Source: a virus
Reading direction: 5' to 3' (one strand)
DNA length: 64,000 nucleotides
IMG/VR virus record: IMGVR_UViG_3300028394_000044
Coordinates: 32,001-96,000 of that record
A program made the position numbers and the translations under genes. The notes under the pieces were generated by a model. That model did no database searches. It was not told the origin of the DNA and saw only the letters and a list, made by a program, of their open reading frames with translations. Shown here one piece after another: positions 36,080 to 46,419 of the stretch; the first letter of the stretch is position 1, and each line of letters opens with the position of its first letter.

Positions 36080-38625
36080 TGAATAACTTTTACACAAGTG
36101 TTATTTGTGTAGGTAACAACATCCTTTATCGTGGTGTTGAAAACGGTCGGCGTGTTAAGCTAAAGATTGGCTACACGCCGACTATGTTTTTGCCTGCTCA
36201 AAAAACTACAGCATGGAAGAACCTTCAAGGTGAATCACTTGAAGAGATTAAACTCGGCTCGATCCGTGAATGTAGAGATTTTATTAAACGTTACGAGGAA
36301 GTAGACAACTTTAAAATCTATGGAAATACACGCTATGAATATGCCTATATTGCTGATGAGTTTAAAGGAATGGTCGAATGGGACCAAAGCAAAATCCGAA
36401 TCGGTATCATTGATATTGAGGTTGGTTCAGAAAATGGCTTTCCTGACCCATACAAAGCAAGTGAACCAATCACCGCAATTGCGCTCAAAATCTTAGATGG
36501 TGCAATGATTGTTTATGGTTGTGGAGATTTCAATAACTATGATGACAACGTAACCTATGTTAAATGCCGTGATGAATATGATCTATGTAAAAAGTTTCTT
36601 ACAGATTGGTATGAAAATACACCCGACATTATAACTGGTTGGAATACAAAGTTTTTTGATATTCCATACTTAGTTAATCGTTTTGAAAAGATTGTTGGCT
36701 CTGATGAGATGAAGAAGTTATCTCCTTGGGGTATCATTAACGAACGTAAGACAAACATTCACGGCCGTGAAATGATTGCTTATGAGATTTATGGTCTTGC
36801 ATCATTAGACTATATTGAACTGTATAAGTGGTATGCGCCCGGCGGTAAATCACAAGAATCATACCGATTGGATAACATTGCTAACGTTGAGTTGGGTGAA
36901 AGTAAACTATCTTATGATGAGTTTGATAACCTACACCAATTATATCGACTGAATTACCAAAAGTTTATTGAATATAACATCAAAGACGTTGAGTTGATTG
37001 TTAAACTTGAAGGTAAGTTAAAGTTGATTGAATTGGCTTTGACTCTTGCATATGATACAAAATCTAATTATGAAGATGTGTTTGCACAGACCCGAATGTG
37101 GGATGCTATCATTTATGGTTACTTGTTAGAAAGAAACATCGTTGTTCCTCCACGTGAAATCAGTGATAAAGATGGTTGTTTTGAAGGCGCTTATGTTAAA
37201 GAACCACAAGTTGGTCTACATGATTGGGTTGCCTCGTTTGACTTGAATTCGCTATACCCGCATTTGATGATGCAATACAATATTTCTCCTGAGACATTGA
37301 TTGATCCGAGCAAGTACACTCCAGAGATGCGGCAGATTATATCTAATGGAGTAACCGTTGATAAATTGTTGTTTAAGTCACTTAATCTATCAAATATGAG
37401 TGGTGTGACTTTAACTCCTAATGGTCAATTCTTTCGAACTGATATACAGGGCTTCGTGCCTAAGATGCTGGAAGAGATGTACAATGACCGTAAGAAATTT
37501 AAGAAGATGATGCTTGTCGCCAAACAAGACTATGAAAATGAAAAAGATGCAGTCAAACGAATCGAACTTGAAAATAGAATTGCTAGGTATGACAACTTGC
37601 AGTTGGCTAAGAAAGTTTCTTTGAATTCTGCATATGGTGCCATGGGTTCACAATACTTCCGATTTTATGACTTACGTATTGCTCTTGCTGTTACTTCTGC
37701 TGGTCAATTATCTATTCGTTGGATTGAAAATAAATTGAACGGCTATATGAACAAGTTACTTGGTTCATCCGATATTGATTATGTGATTGCATCAGATACA
37801 GATTCTATTTACTTACGTTTATCTGAATTGGTGAACAAAGTTTATGGTGTTGATGGTGTTGTAAAAATGTCAACTCAAAAAGTTATTGAATTTATGGACA
37901 GAGTTTGTGAAGACAAATTACAACCATTTATTGATAGGTCTTATGAAGAATTGGCTAATTATGTGAATGCCTTTGACCAGAAGATGCAAATGAAACGTGA
38001 AGGTCTTTCTAATAAAGGTATCTGGACAGCTAAGAAAAGATACATTCTAAACGTTTATAATAATGAAGGAGTTCAGTATAATGAGCCTCACTTGAAAGTT
38101 ATGGGTTTAGAGATGGTTAAATCTTCCACTCCTTCTGCTATTAGAGTAAAAATGAAAGAGTCTATTCGTCTTATGGTGACTGGTACCGAAGATGATGTTC
38201 AGAAATTTATCTTTGATTTTCGTGAACAGTTTAAGAAATTACCTCCTGAAGAAATTTCTTTTCCGCGTTCAGTTAATGGTTTAAATACATATTCTAATTC
38301 ATCAAGCATTTATATCAAGGGTACTCCTATACATGTGAAGGGTGCTTTAATATATAATTATTTGCTGAAGAAGCATAATTTAGATAAAAAGTATCCTATG
38401 ATTCAAGAAGGTGAGAAGTTGAAATTCACTTACTTGAAACAGCCTAATCTTTTGAATGATACTGTAATTTCTTATCCTTCACGATTGCCAACAGAATTTG
38501 GTCTCGATGACTATATCGATTATGATTTACAATTTAATAAAGCATTCTTAGATCCAATTAAAATTATTCTTGATTGCATGAATTGGCAAGCTGAAAAAAC
38601 AAACTCCTTAGATGATTTCTTCTAA
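36079..38625 (+). CDS. gp43: Family B DNA polymerase
   Basis: Exonuclease 'DIE' and 'GWN..FFDIPY'; polymerase 'SFDLNSLYP', 'K..LNSAYG', 'SDTDS'. Confidence 0.98.
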   Translation: MNNFYTSVICVGNNILYRGVENGRRVKLKIGYTPTMFLPAQKTTAWKNLQGESLEEIKLGSIRECRDFIKRYEEVDNFKIYGNTRYEYAYIADEFKGMVEWDQSKIRIGIIDIEVGSENGFPDPYKASEPITAIALKILDGAMIVYGCGDFNNYDDNVTYVKCRDEYDLCKKFLTDWYENTPDIITGWNTKFFDIPYLVNRFEKIVGSDEMKKLSPWGIINERKTNIHGREMIAYEIYGLASLDYIELYKWYAPGGKSQESYRLDNIANVELGESKLSYDEFDNLHQLYRLNYQKFIEYNIKDVELIVKLEGKLKLIELALTLAYDTKSNYEDVFAQTRMWDAIIYGYLLERNIVVPPREISDKDGCFEGAYVKEPQVGLHDWVASFDLNSLYPHLMMQYNISPETLIDPSKYTPEMRQIISNGVTVDKLLFKSLNLSNMSGVTLTPNGQFFRTDIQGFVPKMLEEMYNDRKKFKKMMLVAKQDYENEKDAVKRIELENRIARYDNLQLAKKVSLNSAYGAMGSQYFRFYDLRIALAVTSAGQLSIRWIENKLNGYMNKLLGSSDIDYVIASDTDSIYLRLSELVNKVYGVDGVVKMSTQKVIEFMDRVCEDKLQPFIDRSYEELANYVNAFDQKMQMKREGLSNKGIWTAKKRYILNVYNNEGVQYNEPHLKVMGLEMVKSSTPSAIRVKMKESIRLMVTGTEDDVQKFIFDFREQFKKLPPEEISFPRSVNGLNTYSNSSSIYIKGTPIHVKGALIYNYLLKKHNLDKKYPMIQEGEKLKFTYLKQPNLLNDTVISYPSRLPTEFGLDDYIDYDLQFNKAFLDPIKIILDCMNWQAEKTNSLDDFF

Positions 38626-38659
38626 TATGACACACATACAATATACATGAAAGGTTATT

Positions 38660-39712
38660 ATGAGCTTACTGGACAAAATTAAAAAGAACTCTACAATTAA
38701 AGATTCCGCAATTCTTTCAAAGTCTAAGTTTTTCAATGAGAAGGATATGATTTCAACATCTATTCCTATGATTAACGTAGCATTATCAGGAAGACTTGAT
38801 GGTGGTCTAACACCAGGACTTACCATGTGGGCAGGTCCTTCTAAACACTTTAAGACTGCGTTTAGCTTGTTGATGGCTAAATCTTACATGGAGAAATATC
38901 CAGAATCTGTATTGTTGTTTTATGATTCTGAATTTGGTACTCCAAAATCATACTTTGAGACTTTCAACATTGATATGGAGAGAGTTTTACATACTCCATT
39001 AACCGATATTGAACAGTTGAAGTTTGATATTATGAAACAACTAGAAGGTATTGACCGTAGCGACCGAGTAATGATTTTGGTTGATTCTATTGGTAACTTG
39101 GCTTCTAAGAAAGAAGTAGAAGATGCACTTGAAGGTAAGTCTGTTGCTGATATGTCACGTGCAAAACAAGTAAAGAGTTTATTCCGTATGGTTACTCCAC
39201 ATCTATCACTTAAAGATATTCCAATGGTGGTTGTTAACCATACATATAAAACAATGGAATTATATTCAAAAGATGTTGTTGGTGGTGGAACAGGTTCTTA
39301 TTACTCTGCTGATAATATTTTCATCTTGGGTCGCCAACAAGAAAAAGAAGGTACCGAAATTATTGGTTATAACTTTATTATCAACGTTGAGAAATCTCGT
39401 TATGTTAAAGAGAAGTCTAAGATTCCTGTTAATGTATTGTTTGATGGCGGCATTAGCAAATATTCTGGTTTGATGGATGTAGCACTCGAAGGTAAATTTG
39501 TTACTAAGCCTAGCAATGGTTGGTATGCTAAAGTTGATCAATCAACTGGTGAAGTTGGTGAAAAATATCGCCTTACTGATACACTGAGTCCTGAATTCTG
39601 GAACGATTTGCTGGCTGATAATGGATTTAAAGAATATGTGAGAAAAAAATATGAAATCGCTTATGGAAACATTATGGGAACTTCTGAAGTTTTGGAAGAA
39701 GTCGAAGAATAA
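38660..39712 (+). CDS. uvsX: RecA-like recombinase UvsX
   Basis: 'GPSKHFKT', 'FYDSEFG', 'DSIGNLAS', 'ADMSRAK'. Confidence 0.96.
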   Translation: MSLLDKIKKNSTIKDSAILSKSKFFNEKDMISTSIPMINVALSGRLDGGLTPGLTMWAGPSKHFKTAFSLLMAKSYMEKYPESVLLFYDSEFGTPKSYFETFNIDMERVLHTPLTDIEQLKFDIMKQLEGIDRSDRVMILVDSIGNLASKKEVEDALEGKSVADMSRAKQVKSLFRMVTPHLSLKDIPMVVVNHTYKTMELYSKDVVGGGTGSYYSADNIFILGRQQEKEGTEIIGYNFIINVEKSRYVKEKSKIPVNVLFDGGISKYSGLMDVALEGKFVTKPSNGWYAKVDQSTGEVGEKYRLTDTLSPEFWNDLLADNGFKEYVRKKYEIAYGNIMGTSEVLEEVEE

Positions 39713-40022
39713 ACTTAAAGAAGGTATCGATTTTAAGTTCTACGATTTTGCTGATTCGGACTTGAGGGGTATAGTTTTTCTAACAGGAGAATATGCCGAT
39801 GTTCTATTTTATTATACGAACGCAAGTATTGCTGAAGAAGGCATGGGTGCTAGACTGAAATTCGGCTACCAAGTCGTGAAATCGGGCAAATACACCAGAG
39901 AAGCATTGCAAACAGATGATAAATTTGTTACAATGCTAGGTGACTTGCTAACGGATATTATTTTAATGGATGGTAAATTTGAATCGCCTAGAACTTTCTA
40001 TTCTGAAGAATCTAATCTATAA
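39651..40022 (+). CDS. Hypothetical protein in the gp40 position (start uncertain)
   Basis: Fills the uvsX-gp41 gap, overlapping both genes. Confidence 0.55.
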   Translation: MKSLMETLWELLKFWKKSKNKLKEGIDFKFYDFADSDLRGIVFLTGEYADVLFYYTNASIAEEGMGARLKFGYQVVKSGKYTREALQTDDKFVTMLGDLLTDIILMDGKFESPRTFYSEESNL

Positions 40023-41379
40023 TGAAGACTATACCCGTAAGGTATTACCCTTCATTCAATCGGAGTATTTTTCAGACAACACCGAAAAAAATGTATTCAA
40101 TGAAATTAAAAACTTCATTGAGACCTACAACAACGTACCAACTTATGAAGCACTGACGATTAATTTCACAGAGAGTAAATCTCACACCGAAGAACAAGTT
40201 CGTGGTGCGATTGAAATTTTGAAAGATATTCGTGCAAACAAAGATGAACCGACTGATGAGAATTGGTTGATAACACAAACAGAAAAGTTTTGTCAAGATA
40301 AAGCAATTTACAATGCCATCATGGAATCAGTTTCCATTCTTGATGACAAGAAGAGTGTGAAAGGAAAAGGCGAAATTCCTAAGATTTTGTCTGATGCACT
40401 TGGTGTATCCTTTGACAATAATATTGGTCACGATTACATTACAGATTTTGAAAGCCGTTATGAATTCTACCACAGAAAAGAAGAACGTGTCCCTTTTGAC
40501 TTGGATTACTTTAACAGAATCACAAAAGGTGGTTTACCTAATAAAACACTCAATATTGCTCTTGCCGGTACTGGTGTGGGAAAAAGTTTGTTTATGTGCC
40601 ACGTGGCTGCTGGTTGTATTGCACAAGGTACTGATGTTCTTTACATTACCATGGAAATGGCTGAAGAAAAAATTGCAGAACGTATAGACGCAAATATGTT
40701 GAATATTCCAATCAATGACCTTCATGTTATTGGTAAAGAAGATTATGTCCGTAGGTTTGAAGCATTACAAAACAAAACTCATGGTAAATTAATTATCAAA
40801 GAATATCCAACTGCAGCCGCATCTTCAATGCACTTTAGAGCATTATTGAATGAGCTTCAATTAAAAAAGAACTTCCGACCAAAAATTATCTTTATAGATT
40901 ATTTGAATATATGTTCATCTTCTCGTATGAAAATGGGTGCAAGTGTTAACTCATACACATATGTCAAGTCGATTGCGGAAGAATTGAGAGGTTTGGCAGT
41001 TGAGTTTAATGTTCCGATTGTATCTGCTACACAAACTACACGGTCTGGCTTCAGTAACTCTGATGTTGGTCTGGAAGATACCAGCGAATCTTTTGGTTTG
41101 CCAGCTACTGCTGATTTTATGTTTGCTTTGATTACTACTGAAGAATTACAACAATTGAATCAGATTATGGTTAAACAGTTGAAAAATAGATACAGTGATC
41201 CAACCATGAACAAGAAATTTGTTATTGGAGTTGACAAATCTAAAATGAGGTTGTATGATGTGGAAGACATAGCACAAAACTTAATCGATTCTGGTCAAGT
41301 TGCGGATGATAAACCTCTGAACACGTTTGGTAATCGTGAGCGTAAATTTATTTCAAAGTTTGATAATGTGCGTGTATAA
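39970..41379 (+). CDS. gp41: Replicative DnaB-like helicase
   Basis: 'AGTGVGKS', 'IKEYPT', 'IDYLNI', 'SATQ', 'SESFGLP', 'KQLKNRY'. Confidence 0.97.
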   Translation: MVNLNRLELSILKNLIYNEDYTRKVLPFIQSEYFSDNTEKNVFNEIKNFIETYNNVPTYEALTINFTESKSHTEEQVRGAIEILKDIRANKDEPTDENWLITQTEKFCQDKAIYNAIMESVSILDDKKSVKGKGEIPKILSDALGVSFDNNIGHDYITDFESRYEFYHRKEERVPFDLDYFNRITKGGLPNKTLNIALAGTGVGKSLFMCHVAAGCIAQGTDVLYITMEMAEEKIAERIDANMLNIPINDLHVIGKEDYVRRFEALQNKTHGKLIIKEYPTAAASSMHFRALLNELQLKKNFRPKIIFIDYLNICSSSRMKMGASVNSYTYVKSIAEELRGLAVEFNVPIVSATQTTRSGFSNSDVGLEDTSESFGLPATADFMFALITTEELQQLNQIMVKQLKNRYSDPTMNKKFVIGVDKSKMRLYDVEDIAQNLIDSGQVADDKPLNTFGNRERKFISKFDNVRV

Positions 41380-41382
41380 ATA
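41375..41382 (+). promoter_or_regulatory. T4-type late promoter TATAAATA
   Basis: Exact consensus overlapping the gp41 stop. Confidence 0.8.
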
Positions 41383-41402
41383 TCTAATAACTGGAGATTT
41401 TT

Positions 41403-42140
41403 ATGGCAGGTGCATTAGCAGAACGACAAGAATCGGGTGTAGTTGAAAAAATTAATAGCGCATTCAAAGCGAACGGTAAAAATCCAATCACTTTAGTTGC
41501 CGGCAAAACTACAATTGTTGGTGTAGTTGGTGCTGAAAAATACACAGGTAGACAAGCTGGTGGTTCAGAACCATATACAGATGTTGTTATTAGCGCCATC
41601 GTCAAAGGTAAAAAGATTGATATTAATTGTTCCCTAAAAGGTGAATCTGCTCCATCTCTAGCAGGAGGCGGTTTAAAAGGTTTAGAACTTGCTGTGCCTG
41701 GTATTGCAAAAAAGTTTATGGAAGCTGCATTTAAAGAATTAACAGGTAGAAAAAAATTGCAAACGGGCGATAAAGTACCTGACGTATTTGGTAAAATTTC
41801 AGATAATGATAAAGTGAAAATTGTTGTTGGAAATAAAGCGATGGGCGGACCTATTGACTATATGTACATTGGTCCTATGAATGTTACTGGTAAATATGAT
41901 AAAAATAGTAACACCTTGACTTTAAACGGAACATTAACTGAAGCTGTAAAATATGCAAAAACCCATGACTTATATTTCCGACTAAGAGCTAGAAGAGAAG
42001 ATCAAAGATTTGATCCTGATTCGAAAGATAGAGATGGAACACCAAAGATTTATGGTGTTTCTCCTTCCCGTGGCGATAGTGCCGGTCGTATTGTTGTTAC
42101 TGACAAAGTGGCCTCAACAGGCGTAATTGTAAAAATATGA
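41403..42140 (+). CDS. Hypothetical late protein, possible PD-(D/E)XK-fold nuclease
   Basis: 'ERQE' helix, 'PYTDV', 'SLK' in restriction-fold spacing; GGAG RBS. Confidence 0.5.
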   Translation: MAGALAERQESGVVEKINSAFKANGKNPITLVAGKTTIVGVVGAEKYTGRQAGGSEPYTDVVISAIVKGKKIDINCSLKGESAPSLAGGGLKGLELAVPGIAKKFMEAAFKELTGRKKLQTGDKVPDVFGKISDNDKVKIVVGNKAMGGPIDYMYIGPMNVTGKYDKNSNTLTLNGTLTEAVKYAKTHDLYFRLRARREDQRFDPDSKDRDGTPKIYGVSPSRGDSAGRIVVTDKVASTGVIVKI

Positions 42141-43372
42141 AATTTACCGAATTTTTAACCGAAGGTGTCAAAAAAGAAGGTGCAAATCTTCACTTAGAAC
42201 ACATTGAGGACGAAGTATTAAACCGTGGTGTCTCTGGTGCTAGAGATGCTATTAACTTTTTGCGATCTCTTAGAGATATGTTAGCTGGTCATGCTGATTC
42301 CAAAGTAGCCACAACAACTAAATGGGATGGCGCACCTGCTGTCTTCTGCGGTATCAATCCTGACAATGGTAAGTTCTTTGTCGGTACCAAGGGAGTCTTT
42401 AACGTTAATCCGAAGCTGAATTATACAGATGCGGATATTGATACTAATCATCCAAGTGAAGGTCTAAATGCAAAATTAAAAGTTGCTTTGCGCTATTTGC
42501 CTAAACTTGGTATTGATGGTATTCTTCAGGGCGATATGATGTTTACTAAAGGTGATGTGCAGAAAAAAACAATTGATGGCGTTAAGTACATTATCTTTCA
42601 ACCAAACACTATTGTTTATGCTGTGCCCGAAGATTCTGCACTTGCCAAAACGATGCTATCTGCACAAATGGGTATAGTATTTCATACTTCATACACAGGT
42701 AAGACCTTCTCTGATATGAAGGCTTCTTTTAACATTGATATTAATCACTTAAAGACAACAAAAGATGTTTGGTTCCGAGATGCTTACTTTATTGATGCAT
42801 CAGGCACAGCATCGTTTACTGAGAAAGAGACAAAAGAAGTTACTTATGCACTTTCTGATGCAGGTACACTATTTCAAAAAATCAATTCTATGACACTGAA
42901 TAGAATCAGCACTAACGAAACTTTACTAGTTCAAATTAAAACTTTCAATAATACAAAGGTTCGTGAAGGAAAAGCTATCACTGACACAGTTAAACATACA
43001 CAAGAATTGATTAAGTGGGTTGAAGAGAAGCTGAATAAAGAAATCTTAGCTGCTAAAAAAGAAGACACTAAACTAAAACGTCAAGCTGAGAAGAATGAAA
43101 TCATGCGTTTCTACCGAAACAATAATGGTGAACTCATTAAGATTTTCAATTTGATGAATGACTTAGTGATTGTTAAAAATATGATTGTGAATAAATTGCA
43201 ACAAATGAAGCAAGTAACACATACTTTCTTACAAACTGATGATGGATATAAAATTACCAATCCTGAAGGTTTTGTTGCTGTAGATAAACTATCTGGTGGC
43301 GCTGTTAAATTAATTGATCGTTTAGAATTTGCTCATGCCAATTTTACGGCTGCAAAAAATTGGTCAAAATAA
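42137..43372 (+). CDS. Conserved T4-like protein with ligase-type (KxDG) nucleotidyltransferase motifs
   Basis: 'HLEHIED', 'KWDGAPA', 'QGDM', 'EGFV', 'VKLIDR.EF'; N-terminus MKFTEFLTE. Confidence 0.65.
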   Translation: MKFTEFLTEGVKKEGANLHLEHIEDEVLNRGVSGARDAINFLRSLRDMLAGHADSKVATTTKWDGAPAVFCGINPDNGKFFVGTKGVFNVNPKLNYTDADIDTNHPSEGLNAKLKVALRYLPKLGIDGILQGDMMFTKGDVQKKTIDGVKYIIFQPNTIVYAVPEDSALAKTMLSAQMGIVFHTSYTGKTFSDMKASFNIDINHLKTTKDVWFRDAYFIDASGTASFTEKETKEVTYALSDAGTLFQKINSMTLNRISTNETLLVQIKTFNNTKVREGKAITDTVKHTQELIKWVEEKLNKEILAAKKEDTKLKRQAEKNEIMRFYRNNNGELIKIFNLMNDLVIVKNMIVNKLQQMKQVTHTFLQTDDGYKITNPEGFVAVDKLSGGAVKLIDRLEFAHANFTAAKNWSK

Positions 43373-43393
43373 AAAATTAAAGAAGATAAAAAA

Positions 43394-43687
43394 ATGAAAA
43401 AAATAATTCTACTTTTAGCTTTGCTATGTGCAAATTTTGCACATGCTCAACATTGGCATCATGGTTATCACCACGGCGGCGGTTATGGTGGTGGTTGGAA
43501 TTGGGTAGTGCCTGCTATTATTGGTGGCGCCGTTGTTTATGGTGTCACACGACCACCAGAAAGACCAGTTGTAATTGAGCAACAAACTATTATTGCACCA
43601 TATGCACCGCCTGCTGGTTTTCATTGGGAACAAATTGTTGATGCAAACTGTAATTGCAAAAGACTTGTACTGGTACAGAATCAATGA
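43394..43687 (+). CDS. Secreted/membrane His-Gly-rich small protein
   Basis: Sec signal peptide 'MKKIILLLALLCANFAHA', then a His/Gly tract and a hydrophobic segment. Confidence 0.65.
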   Translation: MKKIILLLALLCANFAHAQHWHHGYHHGGGYGGGWNWVVPAIIGGAVVYGVTRPPERPVVIEQQTIIAPYAPPAGFHWEQIVDANCNCKRLVLVQNQ

Positions 43688-43842
43688 TAAAATTCAGAAA
43701 ATTTAAAGCACTACATAATAGTGTGAAAGAAGAAAAAGAGAAGAAGTCTCCTAATTCAGATATTCTTCCTGTCGCTGGTGCCGGACAATGGGGCACAAAC
43801 AAATTGACCAACAAGTATAAGAAAGATACGCCAGGTCAGTAA
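43684..43842 (+). CDS. Small basic protein ending in TPGQ
   Basis: ATGA overlap; 'GQWGT..L...Y..DTPGQ'. Confidence 0.55.
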   Translation: MIKFRKFKALHNSVKEEKEKKSPNSDILPVAGAGQWGTNKLTNKYKKDTPGQ

Positions 43843-43866
43843 TTTATAATTTTTTTGGAGTATATT

Positions 43867-44706
43867 ATGAGAGATTTAATTATAGGATGTTCTACTGGTT
43901 ATTCTTGGGACACAATAAAGTATTGGGTTAATTCTATTAACCAATCAGGATTTGAGGGTGAAAAAGCCCTCATTCTTATGAATTGTGATATTCAAACCGC
44001 ACAAAAAGTTGCTGATGCAGGTTTTATTATTATTGGTTTTGGTCAAGACGAACAGGGAAACCTAATCTTCCAGCACGGTAAGATTCCTGTTCACGTAGAG
44101 AGATTTCTACACATCTACAATCATCTTAATGATAACGAATATCGGTACGTTATTACTACCGATGTGAAAGATGTTATCTTTCAGAAAAATCCAATCGAAT
44201 ATATTGAAAGCAATCTACGTGATTGGGATAACTTGCTGTTTGCTTCTGAAAGTATCAAGTACAAAGATGAAGCATGGGGTAATCAGAATCTCTTGGAGAC
44301 TTACGGTCCTTACATTCATGAACGTTTTAAAGACAATGAAATTTACAACGTTGGTGTTTTAGCTGGTCACGGTAAATCTATGCGTGATTTGTGCATTAAC
44401 ATTTTCACTGCGGCTATCAATCGTCCTATTCCAATTTGTGACCAGTCAACATTTAACTTTATGATTTCAATGTCTCCTTATTTGGAGACCAGCAAATATG
44501 CCAAGTCTGAAGATGGATGGGCAGCACAACTCGGCACAACTGGTGATCCAAGCAAAATGAATATTCACTTGCCTTATTTGCTAGAAGCAATTCCAAAAAT
44601 GGAAGGTGATAAGGTACTAACCTCTACCGGCAAAGAGTTTACAATCGTACACCAGTATGATAGAGTGCCTGAATGGCGTAAGATTATTGAGGCAAAATAT
44701 GGTTGA
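43867..44706 (+). CDS. Putative glycosyltransferase
   Basis: 'VERF', 'TTDVKDVIFQ.NP', 'N.GV..G', 'DQ..FN', 'IVHQYDR'. Confidence 0.65.
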   Translation: MRDLIIGCSTGYSWDTIKYWVNSINQSGFEGEKALILMNCDIQTAQKVADAGFIIIGFGQDEQGNLIFQHGKIPVHVERFLHIYNHLNDNEYRYVITTDVKDVIFQKNPIEYIESNLRDWDNLLFASESIKYKDEAWGNQNLLETYGPYIHERFKDNEIYNVGVLAGHGKSMRDLCINIFTAAINRPIPICDQSTFNFMISMSPYLETSKYAKSEDGWAAQLGTTGDPSKMNIHLPYLLEAIPKMEGDKVLTSTGKEFTIVHQYDRVPEWRKIIEAKYG

Positions 44707-45385
44707 TGGTGTATTTTTTATTAGTTCTGCTTTGAATGTTAAGCAGTTGTCGGTATTTAACAATGAAGAACGTTACAAACAGACGGCAGAAACGATTAAA
44801 AGTATTGACAAGTATTGTCCAAATAATGTAAAATACATGTTCGACACCTCATATGAAGAACCTAATCTTGAGTATATTGATAGTATGCAGAAGATGGGTG
44901 TAGAGTTCTTCTATACTGGTATACATCCCAGTGTTAAAGAGTTTTCTGATAAAGGTCAACGCAGTCTTGCTGAGACTCTTGGCTTTGCAATGATACTCCA
45001 ACACTTTAAGTATAACAAGATTAATTGTAAAAGAATTTACAAAATGTCAGGTAGATACAAATTGAACGATAATTTCATTTTGAATAAAGAAGAGTTCAAA
45101 GATTCGTTTGTATTTTTACCTACAGTAGATTCTTGGATGTCAAAAGATATTCAAGAGATGGCAGGTGTCGATAAGATTTTTGAATTGAGACTTTGGCATA
45201 TGGATGCTAATTTGTTTGATACCTTTTTTGCAGAGTTGCCTAACATCTTTCAGTGTATGGCACAAAACAATATTGATGTTGAACATTCATATTACAAATA
45301 TCTGAATAAGTATAAGTGGACAACAGTAGAACCGATTGGATTGGAAGGTGCAATTGCACCAACAGGAGAAATTATTAATGAGTAA
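44699..45385 (+). CDS. Hypothetical glycan-locus protein (glycosyltransferase-like)
   Basis: 'ERY.QT..TI.SI' and 'KMSGRY.L' motifs; inside the sugar cluster. Confidence 0.5.
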   Translation: MVDGVFFISSALNVKQLSVFNNEERYKQTAETIKSIDKYCPNNVKYMFDTSYEEPNLEYIDSMQKMGVEFFYTGIHPSVKEFSDKGQRSLAETLGFAMILQHFKYNKINCKRIYKMSGRYKLNDNFILNKEEFKDSFVFLPTVDSWMSKDIQEMAGVDKIFELRLWHMDANLFDTFFAELPNIFQCMAQNNIDVEHSYYKYLNKYKWTTVEPIGLEGAIAPTGEIINE

Positions 45386-46412
45386 AAATGTTTTGATTAC
45401 TGGTGGTGCTGGATTTATCGCTCATCATGCTATAGATAAAATGTTGAAAGAAACTGATTGGAATATTATCTGCCTCGACAGGCTTGATATTTCAGGCAAC
45501 TTGAATCGGCTACATGATATGTTACAAGACCATGATCCTGTAATTGTATCTAAGAGGTTGCGGATCATTTTCCATGACCTTCGTGCAGAATTGAATAGTC
45601 AAATTGTTGCTGATATTGGTCACGTTGATATTATTTTGCACCTAGCCGCAGCAAGTCACGTTGACCGTTCTATCACATACCCTATGGAGTTTGTGCAAGA
45701 CAACGTTATTGGTACAGTCAATATGCTCGACTATGCACGTAAGAACTTTCCGACTTTGGATCGTTTTGTTTATTTCTCGACTGATGAAATCTTTGGTGTA
45801 GCACCTCCCGGTGTTAGTTACAAAGAATATGACCGTTACAATAGCACTAATCCATATTCTGCAAGTAAAGCTGCTGCTGAAGAATTCTGTGTTGCTTATG
45901 AGAATACATATAAACTACCAATCGTAGTTACACATACCATGAATGTATTTGGTGAACGTCAACATCCAGAGAAGTTTATTCCTGCAACTATTCAGAAAGT
46001 ACGTGATGGTCAAAAAGTTATCATTCATGCTGATCCTTCTCGTACAAAAGCCGGTACTCGTATGTACATCCATGCTAAAGATGTTGCAGAAGGATTGCTG
46101 TTCATTCTAAATCTAAAAGATTATAAACACACAGGCGATTATGGTCATGCACATTGTCCTAAGTTTAACTTAGTTGGTACTGAAGAGATTGATAACCTGA
46201 CACTCGCACAATTGATTGCTGGTGGTGTTGACAAAGAACTCATTTATGAAATGACTGATTTCCACACTAGCAGACCAGGACACGATTTGCGTTATGCACT
46301 AGATGGTGGTTTATTAAAGAGTCTTGGATGGGAACCTAAAATTAAATTGAGTGAACGAATTAACGAAATGGTTAAATGGTCATTAGAGAACAATCGCTGG
46401 TTAAACAAGTGA
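45378..46412 (+). CDS. rmlB: dTDP-glucose 4,6-dehydratase-like extended SDR
   Basis: 'TGGAGFI', 'HLAAASHVDRSI', 'STDE', 'YSASK', 'RPGHDLRYALD'. Confidence 0.85.
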   Translation: MSKNVLITGGAGFIAHHAIDKMLKETDWNIICLDRLDISGNLNRLHDMLQDHDPVIVSKRLRIIFHDLRAELNSQIVADIGHVDIILHLAAASHVDRSITYPMEFVQDNVIGTVNMLDYARKNFPTLDRFVYFSTDEIFGVAPPGVSYKEYDRYNSTNPYSASKAAAEEFCVAYENTYKLPIVVTHTMNVFGERQHPEKFIPATIQKVRDGQKVIIHADPSRTKAGTRMYIHAKDVAEGLLFILNLKDYKHTGDYGHAHCPKFNLVGTEEIDNLTLAQLIAGGVDKELIYEMTDFHTSRPGHDLRYALDGGLLKSLGWEPKIKLSERINEMVKWSLENNRWLNK

Positions 46413-46419
46413 GATTATT

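Noticed and set aside
36079-41379. Introns or inteins in polymerase, recombinase or helicase (also checked terminase and portal)
   Set aside because: Uninterrupted ORFs of ordinary length without splicing motifs
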